From positions 1 to 64,000 of IMG/VR virus record IMGVR_UViG_3300021399_000111: 64,000 bases of DNA. One strand, 5' to 3'. The DNA is from a virus. Lineage: Duplodnaviria > Caudoviricetes. A model generated the notes under the pieces. That model was given only the letters and a program-made list of their open reading frames with translations. It did no database searches and was not told where the DNA came from. Below, piece after piece: positions 17,511 to 28,100 of the stretch; positions within the stretch are counted from its first letter, which is position 1, and every line of letters begins with the position of its first letter. A program made the translations under genes and the position numbers.

Positions 17511-18092
17511 ATGCGTAGTGGTAAAAATTTTATAGGAGAATTTGATTCTTCTTTTCTCTCTTGTGAAAAAGATGCCGAAGTCATTATAAGAAAACTATTT
17601 GTTGATAGTAGACCTTATAGTGATGAATTAAAAAGATTGCTTTTAATTAATACAAAAGATTGTCTAGACGATAGAACTAATCCTGTTTATAAAGATAAAA
17701 TTGCACAAACTTCTCTTGCAGATTTGATTGATCAAGGATATATTCGTTGTAAACCACAGTTAAAAATGGGTGAAAATCAAGAGGTTAAAAGTTATATTAT
17801 TCTTTCTTTTGATAATTTTACTCAAACTTCAAATTTACATTATAGAGATTGTATTGTTGAAATTGATATTTTGTGCCATATTGATGCTTGGGATTTAGGT
17901 AATTTTAGACAACGTCCTATAAAGATTATGGGATATATTGATGGCATTCTCGCAAATAATAAATTAACAGGTATTGGTAATCTTGAGTTTGTTAGTGCAA
18001 ATGAACTTGTTTTAAGTGAAGAGTTAGCTGGCTATTGTTTAATGTATAGAGCCGTACATGGTGATGATGATATGATTGAACCTGGGGAATAA
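17511..18092 (+). CDS. putative tail terminator/completion protein
   Basis: Position before the tail tube; VEIDILCH...RP..I...ID..L pattern. Confidence 0.5.
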   Translation: MRSGKNFIGEFDSSFLSCEKDAEVIIRKLFVDSRPYSDELKRLLLINTKDCLDDRTNPVYKDKIAQTSLADLIDQGYIRCKPQLKMGENQEVKSYIILSFDNFTQTSNLHYRDCIVEIDILCHIDAWDLGNFRQRPIKIMGYIDGILANNKLTGIGNLEFVSANELVLSEELAGYCLMYRAVHGDDDMIEPGE

Positions 18093-18095
18093 TTT

Positions 18096-18827
18096 ATGAA
18101 TAATGAATTATTATTATTAACAGGAAAAGATATACCTTTTATAGAAGCACAGGTCAATATTCATCAACCAACAATAGATGAAATTTCACTTATAAATGAG
18201 GAAAATTTTTTTGCGGGTTGTCAATTTTTAAATTTTTCTAAATCTTCTTTATCTGAAAAGGACAAAATAGGTTTAGAAGATAAGTCAGATTTTGAAATAT
18301 TTATGTCAATGATGTGTAGTAAAGAGAAGATTCAATATAGAAATAGTGCTATGATGGTTTTAGCATTATTATTTCCAGATTATCAAATTAAAGTAACTAA
18401 TACGGAAATACTTTTATTTAATGAAAATTCTTCTACTCGCATTAATGCCTTAAATTATGATGCTTTTAAAGATATTGTGAATACAATGTTTGAATTAAAA
18501 TCTGATTTAACGGCAAATCAATATAATCCAGGTGATGCTCGCGCAAAGAAAATTGCTGAAAAACTTGCTAAAGCTAAAGAAAAAGTAGCAAAAGAAAAGG
18601 GTATTAATACTCATAAAGTAGCAATTTTTAGTAGATATATTTCTATTTTAACTGTTGCTTTACGAAAGGATATGAATACTTTTAATCATTATACAGTTTT
18701 TCAGTTAAAAGATGAATTTACAAGATGGCAAAAGCAAAATGCTTTTGAAATGTATGTAAAGATGAAACTTGCGGGTGCTGAAAATTTGGATGAAGTAGAT
18801 GACTGGATGAATGATATTCATTCTTAA
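18096..18827 (+). CDS. tail-region protein (possible chaperone)
   Basis: ORF 243 aa in tail operon. Confidence 0.5.
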   Translation: MNNELLLLTGKDIPFIEAQVNIHQPTIDEISLINEENFFAGCQFLNFSKSSLSEKDKIGLEDKSDFEIFMSMMCSKEKIQYRNSAMMVLALLFPDYQIKVTNTEILLFNENSSTRINALNYDAFKDIVNTMFELKSDLTANQYNPGDARAKKIAEKLAKAKEKVAKEKGINTHKVAIFSRYISILTVALRKDMNTFNHYTVFQLKDEFTRWQKQNAFEMYVKMKLAGAENLDEVDDWMNDIHS

Positions 18828-18866
18828 TCTAAAAAAATTGCAATTATTTTAGAGGAGGATTAAAAC

Positions 18867-19838
18867 ATGGTTACTCGTTTCGGAAGCCGTGAAATTTGTG
18901 ATGTCACCTTTAAAGCAACTGTAGACGGACAGAAGATTGGTAACAAGACTTTCAAGAAAGGTCAGCCAGTTTTTATTATTGATACTGCTACTGCTTCTTC
19001 AATGGAGCAAGCTACTACAACTGTTTATGCACAGGGTGGTAGAGGTTATAACCGTCTCATTGCATGGGAAGGTGAAAAGACTGTAACATTTAATGTTACT
19101 GATGCTCTTATGAGTCCTATGGGTCTTGCTATGTTAACTGGCGCTGGACTTGCTGATGCAGGCGCAGGGAAAGACTTAAAGCATATTCATATGACTTATG
19201 ATGTTTCTCTTGATGCAACTAATGGTACTGCAACAATTACAGCAAGCGAACTTGAAAATGAACTTGGTGTTAGCCTTGACACTGACCTTACAGCATTTAA
19301 TATTTGCTATGAGACAAATTTCAAGCCTTATGCAACTGTTCTTGACACTAATGGTGCTGTTATTGATTGGGTAGATTCTTCTAAGATTACTCTTTCAAGT
19401 GCTGGGACTGCAACAATTGAGGGTACTCTTCCTGTTGATAAGACAAATGCTCTTACTATTACTGCAGCTGAATATAAGGGAAAGACTATTAAGTTAGATT
19501 TCTATGTTGTTATGAATGCTAAGGCTACTCAGATTACTATTAAGCCTGATAGCTTTGGTGGAACTTTCTATGTTGAGGCTGATACTCTTTATAGAAACCA
19601 GGATGGAATTGATATGGCTGCTACTCTTACCTTCCCTAAGGTTAAGATTCAGTCTGGATTTACTCTTTCTATGGCTCCTACTGGAGATCCTTCAACATTT
19701 GATTTCGTCATGGATGCTATGCCTGGATATACCTACTTTGATCGTACAACTAAGGTTGTTTGTGACATTATGGTTGTTGGTGATGATGCTAAGGCAAGCG
19801 ATGAAAATGCACATGAGGATCACTCCCCAAACCCATAA
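18867..19838 (+). CDS. major tail (tube) protein, short form
   Basis: Strong RBS and codon bias; YAQGGRG..LIAWEGEK and FPKVKIQSGFTLSMAPTGDPSTFDF typical of tail tubes. Confidence 0.8.
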   Translation: MVTRFGSREICDVTFKATVDGQKIGNKTFKKGQPVFIIDTATASSMEQATTTVYAQGGRGYNRLIAWEGEKTVTFNVTDALMSPMGLAMLTGAGLADAGAGKDLKHIHMTYDVSLDATNGTATITASELENELGVSLDTDLTAFNICYETNFKPYATVLDTNGAVIDWVDSSKITLSSAGTATIEGTLPVDKTNALTITAAEYKGKTIKLDFYVVMNAKATQITIKPDSFGGTFYVEADTLYRNQDGIDMAATLTFPKVKIQSGFTLSMAPTGDPSTFDFVMDAMPGYTYFDRTTKVVCDIMVVGDDAKASDENAHEDHSPNP

Positions 19839-20302
19839 CGCCTGACCTTGACATTGACAGTGTCGGTAAAGTTGCCGCAATTGCGGCAACTGGAACCGAT
19901 GGGTTAAAGGCTCAGGCAAACCAAAATGCGATTACAATTAGTGCGGGAGCCTCTGATAATGAATTTGTAATTACTGTTGATCCAGCTGGTGCTGCTGATG
20001 TAGAAGGCAATCCTCCAGATGGTGATGATAAGTTATTTATGTTCTTATCAAGTGATCCTGCCCAAGCAGCATTAGGTCCTGCTGAGTGGGTTGCGGTTGC
20101 AATTGCTACAAATAAGACTCTTACAGATCTTACTTGGCAAGGGGCTGCTTTATCTCAAGCAGATATTGATGAAGCAACTGCTAACGGATTCCCAGGTGGA
20201 AAGACAGTTATCTGGTGGGTTCGTTATAATGAAATTTCTACTGGTATTAGTAGAACAATTAGTGATGGCGATACAAGTATTACTGTTACTATTAAAAAAT
20301 AA
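19826..20302 (+). CDS. -1 frameshift C-terminal extension of the tail tube (fusion about 478 aa)
   Basis: Slippery C CCA AAC 19826-19832; the -1 frame is open to 20302 with no RBS of its own; downstream stem-loops. Confidence 0.75.
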   Translation, partial: PKPITPDLDIDSVGKVAAIAATGTDGLKAQANQNAITISAGASDNEFVITVDPAGAADVEGNPPDGDDKLFMFLSSDPAQAALGPAEWVAVAIATNKTLTDLTWQGAALSQADIDEATANGFPGGKTVIWWVRYNEISTGISRTISDGDTSITVTIKK

Positions 20303-20329
20303 TGCGGCGGCCCTCGCTGAGAGGCGCCT

Positions 20330-20365
20330 AAAAGCGGGAGTCGGGAAACCGATTCCCGCTTTTTT
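20330..20365 (+). terminator. intrinsic terminator
   Basis: AAAAGCGGGAGTCGG-GAAA-CCGATTCCCGCTTTTTT. Confidence 0.85.
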
Positions 20366-20389
20366 GTTTTATATAAAGGTGGTGATATT

Positions 20390-21472
20390 TTGGCTTTTCA
20401 TTATAGTGATGAAGAAAGTTTTGAAGAAGTTTTAAATAATGCTCATAAAGCTTTTATAAGCCGTTTTAAAAGAATTAATAATAAAAAAGAGGCTCAAGAA
20501 TTAGAAAGAATATTATCAGAAATAAAATTAACTGCAAGAAGTTTGAGTTCAAAAAGAGATCCTGTTAGTCAAGAATTGTATGATCAATATTTAGAACTTA
20601 TTAATACAGCTACTAATATACAAAATTTAAATAGAAAAAATAAATTTTCTGCATCCGGTTTATTCTCTAGAACACATGATACAAAAACTTCTACCAAAGC
20701 TGCAGATGATATTTTTGAAGAAGATTTAGCAGCTATTTTGGCCGCAGGAGAAATATTAAATGGGTCTTCTTTTGTTAATCTTGAAACATATTTAACAGGA
20801 GGAAAAAGTGCTAGTTCTCGCGCTTTAAATAATTTTCAAAAAGAAATCGCTGAAGATACTCCTATTAATTTAATTAATGAAATGGCAAAAAAAGCTAAAT
20901 ATAGGTATCAAGCTTCAAATTTAAGAGTTAATACTGGAAAAATAGATGTGAAGGGTTATTCAATCAATATGGAAATTTCTAAAGATTTACCTTTTAATAT
21001 TCAACGATTAATGGAATTGATGAAAGATGCTACTTTTACTGCAAAAAACTATAAAAGTTTTAAACAAGGCGAATTTGTAGATATTGATGAAATAGGACTT
21101 CATTTAGGAAATACTAATTTATATAAAGCTATTACTGGTGCTTTAAGTGAAATTGGAGTTGGGCATAAACAGCAACAAAGTATTTTTTATAGAGGTGCTT
21201 ATACTTATATTAATAATAGACATAATTTAGCACAAGAAGTTGCTACACATTTTGGACATATGAGAATGATTTATGAATTAAGAGGTTCTGGTTTATTAGA
21301 TGAAAGTGGCCAGCACGTTACTTATGCAAAATATTTAATTTATAATGATCCAAGTAGTGATGCAATTTATGTAAGAGATACTGCAAGTTTATTATATGAA
21401 ATGATTGATTCTAATACGAGTAAATTATTTGGAAGTATTTCTATTTCGGCAGGTAAAGTAAAAAGTAATTAA
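20390..21472 (+). CDS. hypothetical protein (360 aa)
   Basis: TTG start with AAAGGTGGTG RBS; no motif confidently recognised. Confidence 0.65.
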   Translation: MAFHYSDEESFEEVLNNAHKAFISRFKRINNKKEAQELERILSEIKLTARSLSSKRDPVSQELYDQYLELINTATNIQNLNRKNKFSASGLFSRTHDTKTSTKAADDIFEEDLAAILAAGEILNGSSFVNLETYLTGGKSASSRALNNFQKEIAEDTPINLINEMAKKAKYRYQASNLRVNTGKIDVKGYSINMEISKDLPFNIQRLMELMKDATFTAKNYKSFKQGEFVDIDEIGLHLGNTNLYKAITGALSEIGVGHKQQQSIFYRGAYTYINNRHNLAQEVATHFGHMRMIYELRGSGLLDESGQHVTYAKYLIYNDPSSDAIYVRDTASLLYEMIDSNTSKLFGSISISAGKVKSN

Positions 21473-21533
21473 AATTTGACAAAATTAAAAAATTTTGTTA
21501 TAATATAAAAAAGGATATTAAAGGAGGCTAACT

Positions 21534-22064
21534 ATGGCAGCAAATAAAATTACTTTTACAAAACTTGCTTTGAAGAAGCAAGATAAATCAGCAATAATTG
21601 ATATTGGCGATGCGAAAATTGAAGTTAAACAATATCTTCCAATTGAAGATAAAATTAAAATTGTTGAAAGTGTTTTAAGGAATTCCGCAGATGATAATAA
21701 TTTTGCAAATCCTATTAAAGTAGAGGTTTATTTTAATCTTGAAATAATTTATAATTATACAAATATAACTTTTACAGAAAAACAAAAGGAAAATCCTACA
21801 AAGTTATATGATTTACTTGAGGAGAATGGCATCTTTGAGGCAGTGGTTGCCGCAATTCCTGAAAGAGAATATTCAAATCTTCTCTCTTGGACAGAGGAAG
21901 TAATTGATGCTTTTTATAAATATCGTAATTCTGCAATGGGAATAATGGAGCAGATTTCAACTGATTATTCTGATATGAATTTAGATGCAACCCAGATTCA
22001 AGAAAAAATTGCAGACCCTAATAATCTTGCTTTATTAAAAAATATTGTAGATAAGTTAGGGTAA
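21534..22064 (+). CDS. putative tail assembly chaperone
   Basis: Directly upstream of the tape measure; own TTGACA..TATAAT promoter at about 21476-21504. Confidence 0.55.
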   Translation: MAANKITFTKLALKKQDKSAIIDIGDAKIEVKQYLPIEDKIKIVESVLRNSADDNNFANPIKVEVYFNLEIIYNYTNITFTEKQKENPTKLYDLLEENGIFEAVVAAIPEREYSNLLSWTEEVIDAFYKYRNSAMGIMEQISTDYSDMNLDATQIQEKIADPNNLALLKNIVDKLG

Positions 22065-22118
22065 AATACATTCATCATTCTATTGTCGTTTTTAATTATA
22101 ATAAGAGTGATGAAAAGG

Positions 22119-22155
22119 AAAATGGCTAGAGTATCTCACTCTAGCCATTTTTTTT
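22119..22155 (+). terminator. intrinsic terminator
   Basis: AAAATGGCTAGAGT-ATCTC-ACTCTAGCCATTTT plus T-run. Confidence 0.8.
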
Positions 22156-22186
22156 GTTATATAAAGATAGAAAAGGAGAAATGTAA

Positions 22187-25100
22187 ATGGCTAAACAGTT
22201 AAATGTAAATCTTCAATTTACTGCTGATACTCAGCAAGCTCAAAAGCAATTACAAGATTTACAACAATCTTTAACGAAAATTGTGCAATCTGCAGGTATG
22301 AATTCTCCTTTTGGTCTAACTAAAGAAATTGGGTCTGCAGTTGAACAAGCAAATAAATTACAAATAGCTTTACAAAGAGCAACTACAGATACAGGAAAAT
22401 TAGATTTAGGGCAGTTTCATCAAGAATTACAAAAAACTAATTTAGATGCATCGAAAATTGCTCAAAGTCTTATATCATTAGGACCTGAAGGACAAGCTGC
22501 TTTTTCAAAATTAGCACAATCTGTTACGATAGCAGAGATTCCATTAAAAAGAAGTAATACTCTTTTAACTCAATTTGCCACTACGCTAAAGAATACTGCT
22601 AGATGGCAAATTTCTTCTAGTATTCTTCATGGATTTATGGGTTCATTACAATCAGCATATTATTATGCTCAAGATTTAAATGAATCATTAACAAATATTC
22701 AAATTGTAACAGGTCAAAGCTCTGAACAAATGGCAGAATTTGCGAAACAAGCAAATGAAGCTGCAAAAAATTTATCTACTACAACAACAGCATATACAGA
22801 TGCAGCACTTATTTTCTATCAACAAGGTTTAACAGGAGAAGACGTAACTAAAAGAACCGATACAGTTATTAAAATGGCAAATGTAACAGGAGAGTCTGCT
22901 GCAGATGTTTCTTCTTATATGACTGCAATTTGGAATAACTTTGATGATGGAAGTGAAAGCCTTGAACACTATGCTGATGTAATTACGGCTCTTGGTGCGG
23001 CAACTGCATCTAGTTCTGAAGAAATTGCACAAGGTTTAGAAAAATTTGCAGCTATTGGAGAAACAGTTGGTTTAAGTTATGATTATGCAACTTCTGCATT
23101 GGCTACTGTTGTTGCAAATACTCGTCAAAGCGCAGATACTGTTGGTACGGCATTTAAGACTATTTTTGCTCGTATTCAAGGGTTACAATTAGGTGAAACA
23201 CTTGAAGACGGAGTTGATTTAAATAAGTATTCTAAAGCCCTTGATGCAGTAGGAGTTTCTGTTTTAGACGCTACTGGGAATATGAGAGATTTGGATAATA
23301 TTCTTGATGATTTAGCTATAAAATGGGAAACTTTATCTTCTGCTCAGCAAACTGCTTTAGCACAAACTGTTGCGGGAACTCGTCAATATAATCAATTAGT
23401 TGCTTTAATGAACAATTGGGGAGACATGCAGACAAACCTTGCTACTGCAAGAGATTCTGAAGGCACTCTTCAACAGCAACAAGATGTCTATGCTGAAGGA
23501 TGGGAAGCTGCAAATAAAAGAGTTAAAGCTTCTTTTCAATCAATATATACTGATTTAGTTGATTCTGGCTTTTTTATTAAATTAGCAGATACTATAACAA
23601 TTGCTGTTGATGGAATACATAATCTTATTCAAAGTTTAGGCGGCTTAAAAGGTTTATTGCCTATAATAAGTTCATTAATGTTATCTGCTTTTGGTAAAGA
23701 TATTAGTAAAGCTATTTCAAATGCTGCTTATAATTTTCAATTATTTACTAAAAAGGGGAAAGAGCAAATAATTGAAATGAGAACTGTCTTTAATCAAGAA
23801 TTACAAAATATGACTAAAGATAATTCTCTTGATTTATCATGGATTTATCAACAACAAGGTACTTTACAACAGCAATTAATTGATAAAACAACTCAATTAC
23901 AACATGCAAATATTGAGCTTTCAGAAATTGAACAACAGCAAATTAAAATGTTAATGGATGAGAATGCTCTGTACGCTGAGCAATATCAATTTGCAATGAA
24001 GCAATTGGAAGTAATACAAGAAGAAATTGCGGTATTGCAACAAAAAGCTGTTATTCAATCAAAAGGTATGGATTTAAATTTACCTGAGGGAGCTTCTTTA
24101 TCTCAATATTTAAATAATTTAAATAATATATCTGAAAAGTGGGAAGAAGTTTATAGAATTAAAGAAGCTTTTAATGACACATCGGGTAGTTTTGGAGATA
24201 GCGCAGCATTAAAAGCTTTAAAAGAATTTAAAAAAGCTTTGGAAGATATAAGTCCTGTTATGCAAGATGATACAGGATATATCGCTGAAATGTATAATGC
24301 TTTAGATAAATTACAAAATGCTAAAGGACCTAAAGAAATAGATAAAGCATTTATTGAATTAGAAGGCACTTTAGAAGCAATTGGTACTAGTCAGTTTGAT
24401 AATTTAATTAATAATATTGATAGTACTACTAAAGAAGGTAAAGCTTTAATTAAAACTTTAGAAGCTTTACAAAGTAAATGGAGTCAGCATGGAGACGCTG
24501 TTTTTCAAACATCTAAAGCTTATCAAAATATTAATAATAATTTTAAAACTACTGAAAAAACAATTCAAAATTTTTCAGGTAAAATTCCTAGTTTAAGTGA
24601 TAAATTTATACAAAGTGCCACTTCTGCAAGTCGTTTTGTTATGGGAATTAATTCTTTAAAAAGTGCTTTTGAGGCTTTTAAAGACGGAGATTTATTTTCT
24701 GGATTTACATCTTTATTATTTGCAATTCCTGCTATTAAGCCTGTATTAGAAGGTTTTAAAGATATTCCTGTAGTTGTAAATGGAATTAAAGCAGCCTCTC
24801 AACAAACAAGATTATTATCAGAATCTATAATGGCGGAAACTGCAGCAACGCAGGCTTCTGAGGTTGCTAATAAAAAAGAAGCAATTTCTAAAGAAGCAAG
24901 AATTGCTGCTGATGCATTATTAGCAAAAGAAAAAAATGTTGTAGTAGAAACTGAAATTAGAGGTCTTGCTAAAGTTATTACAGCAGAAGAACTTGAAAAA
25001 CTTAAAAATGGTGAACTTACAATTTCAGAAATTGCAAAAAATCACGAAAAAGAGCTTGGCTTAAAAATTGATGCAAGACACTTTACAAATAGCCCTAAAC

Positions 25101-28100
25101 GAATTGCAGCATTAGAAGCAGAAGCTAATGCAAATTGGGCAGATACCGCTGCGATTGAAGCTAAAAATGCGGCAGAAAGTGCTAGTGCTACTTCTAGCAC
25201 AGCTGCAGCAGCCGCAGAAAGGGCAGGGGCAGAGGCAACTGCAGGATTAGCTGCTGCGGCAGGAGTCGCTACTATTGCTATTACAGCATTGGTTCTTATT
25301 ATTGGAGCTGTTGTAAAAGTACAAAAAGAGAAATTAAAACAACAAATTGAAATTGCTAAAGCGCAAATTGAAGAAGCTAATGCAACTCAAAAACAAGTAG
25401 ATGCTAATGAAGATTTATATAATTCTTATGAAAAATTATACGAACAATATAAAAATGGTGAAGATGTTAAAAGTCAATTAGATGAAACTACTAAACAATT
25501 ATATGAGTCTTATGGTATTGAAATATCTTATTTAGATGAATTAAATAATAGATATGATAAATATATTGAAAAATTAAGAGAAGCAAGAAAATCAGAATTA
25601 GAAGATGCTGTTGGATCTGCGCAACAAGAACAAACTGCAGCAGGCCATCAAATGGTTGCAGCAGCAAGAGGCGGCCGTGGGTATTTATTAGGTGATTATT
25701 ATAATATTGGATTTAACTATGGTGGATTTGCTGGATTTGGATTAAATGAAGAAAGTGATCGATTAGTAGAAGAACGAGCTAATCAAATGGGAGTAGATCT
25801 TGATGCTAAATTTAAAGAAGATGATTATGCTAGTTATGTAGAATATTATGATCAAATAAATAAACTTTTAACTTCAATAGAGACTGATGAAACTTTAAAA
25901 CCAAGTGATTATCAAAGTTCTGAATATTATAAACAGATGAAAGAATGGCGGGATAGAATGAAAGAATCTGTTGAAGCATATAAAGCAGCAACAGAAGATA
26001 TTCAAAAATATTCTGCTCAATTAGCAGTTATTCAAACAGACTTTTATAATATTAATTCACTTGAAGAATATGAAAATAAAATTGCAGAAGTTTCGGCTGA
26101 ACTTGAAAAACAAGGTGTTGAAAATCCAGAACAGGTTGCGAGATCTTATGCTGTTGTAAATAGTGAAGTTGCCAAATCTTTTGATAATCAATTAAAGTTA
26201 ATTTCAGAATTTGGTGATAAATGGCAAAATTTAACAGATGAAGAAATAAGAAATCTTGTTGAAACATATAGTGATACTGATTTAAATTTAGTTTATAATT
26301 TAGGAGTTAATCCTGGATCTATTGAAGAATTTGAACATTATTTAAATTATATACAATCTCTTGCGGAGAGAGAAAATATTACTGTAAAAGTTAATTTAGT
26401 AACTACCGCAATGGAAGAGATTAATAAAGATGGTCAAATTTCAGATGAAACATTAGAGCAATTAAAAGAAGAATACTCTGATAAAGATGAAGAATTTTGG
26501 AATAATTTAGTTGGAAGCACTAGAGCAGAACAAATAAATATTATAAATGATTTATTAGAAGAACAAACTAAGTTAATTTTAGACAATGCAGAAGCAAGAA
26601 AACAGGCATCTAAAGAGGCTCAAGAGAATGCAGAAACTAGACAAGCTGAAATTGAAGGAGAAAATGGTTTATTAGCTCAAGCAAAACGAAAATTAGAAGC
26701 TTTAGAAAATGAATCGCACTATGCTTCATGGGATGGGCAAAAAGAAGCAATAGAAGAGGCTAAGAATACTGTTCAAGAATTAGAAAATGAACTTGAAACT
26801 TTAAAAAATACAGATTATACGATTGAAATTAATATTGTTGATACTGCTTTAGAAATTTTTGAAAATAGAGTCAATGGTATTATTGATTCTGCAAAAGAAA
26901 TTAAAAACGCAGTTGAGTTAATCGGAGAAGGATTTATAGTTGCTGCGGGAGATGCTGAACAATTATTTGCAGTATATCCAGCATTACAAAATGCTGCTGA
27001 AGTATTAGCTAATGGTGACATTCAATTAAATCAAGAAGTTGTTCAAGCAATTTTAAATGGTAATAAAGAAGTTATTGAATCTAACTCTAAAGTAGAAGAA
27101 GCTAAACTTGAAACTCAAATAGAAGTTTTACAAGCTGAAATTAATTATAATCAGCAGAGAATGGAAATTCTTGACAAATATTTAAAAAGTCAAATTAATC
27201 AAAAAGAAGCTGAGAATGAATTAAATAAAGCTAGTGCTGAATATAAAGCTAAATTAATTGATGCCGTTGGTGAAACCGAGGTTGAAGCAGCGAGACAATC
27301 TGCGCAGGCTAATAAAGAAACTTCAGATGTTGTTTTAGCTAATTTTGATAAAATAGGCGCTCAAGCAAAAGTTTTAGGAAAAGCAATTATTCAGGCTTTA
27401 GCTGGACAAGACGTAACTTATAATCCACATTCAGTAGGAGCAACAGCTGGTAATTTATCTTCTTATGAAAATTATGCAGATAAAGCTATCGGTTCTGTTC
27501 AAGGAAATAGTGATTTTACTGCTGAAGCAGAAGCTGAAATGGCTCGCTTAAAAGAAGAAACTCCAGAATTAGAAAAACAATTAGCTCATTTCCAATTATT
27601 ATTATCTAAATTAAGGGCTGGAACTGCGAGTACCATTGAAGCAATCAATGGAGCTGGTAGTGCAAAAGTTGAAAGTGGAGGGCCAGCAAGAGATCCAAAA
27701 CAAGAAGAACATGAAGAATATGTAGAAGATTTAGCTGATAGATACCATGATTTAAACGAAGCAATTCAAGAAGTGGAGCATTCGATGAGTATGTTGAGTA
27801 AACATCAAGATCACTTATCTGGTGCGTCATTAATTGAAGCCCTTCGTAAACAAAATGAATTACTTGTTCAGCAAAGAAAGAACTATGAAGCATTAAATGA
27901 AGAACTCATTAAAGAGGCGGGAGAGCTTCAAGGAAAACTTCTTAATTATGGAGCTTCCTTTGGTGCGGATGGCTCTCTTCTTAACTATACCGATACATTT
28001 AATGCAATTAAAGCTGAATATAATAATGCGGTTACCGCGTACAACGCAGTCGTTGACTGGTTCAACACTCTTAGTGCTGAAGAACAGGATTCCGTAGGCG

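Noticed and set aside
19833-19845. +1 frameshift at the tail tube stop (SPP1-type)
   Set aside because: The +1 frame stops at 19843-19845. Only the -1 frame is open.
20039-20302. Independent 87-aa gene
   Set aside because: There is no RBS, and the frame is open about 210 nt further upstream to the slippery site.
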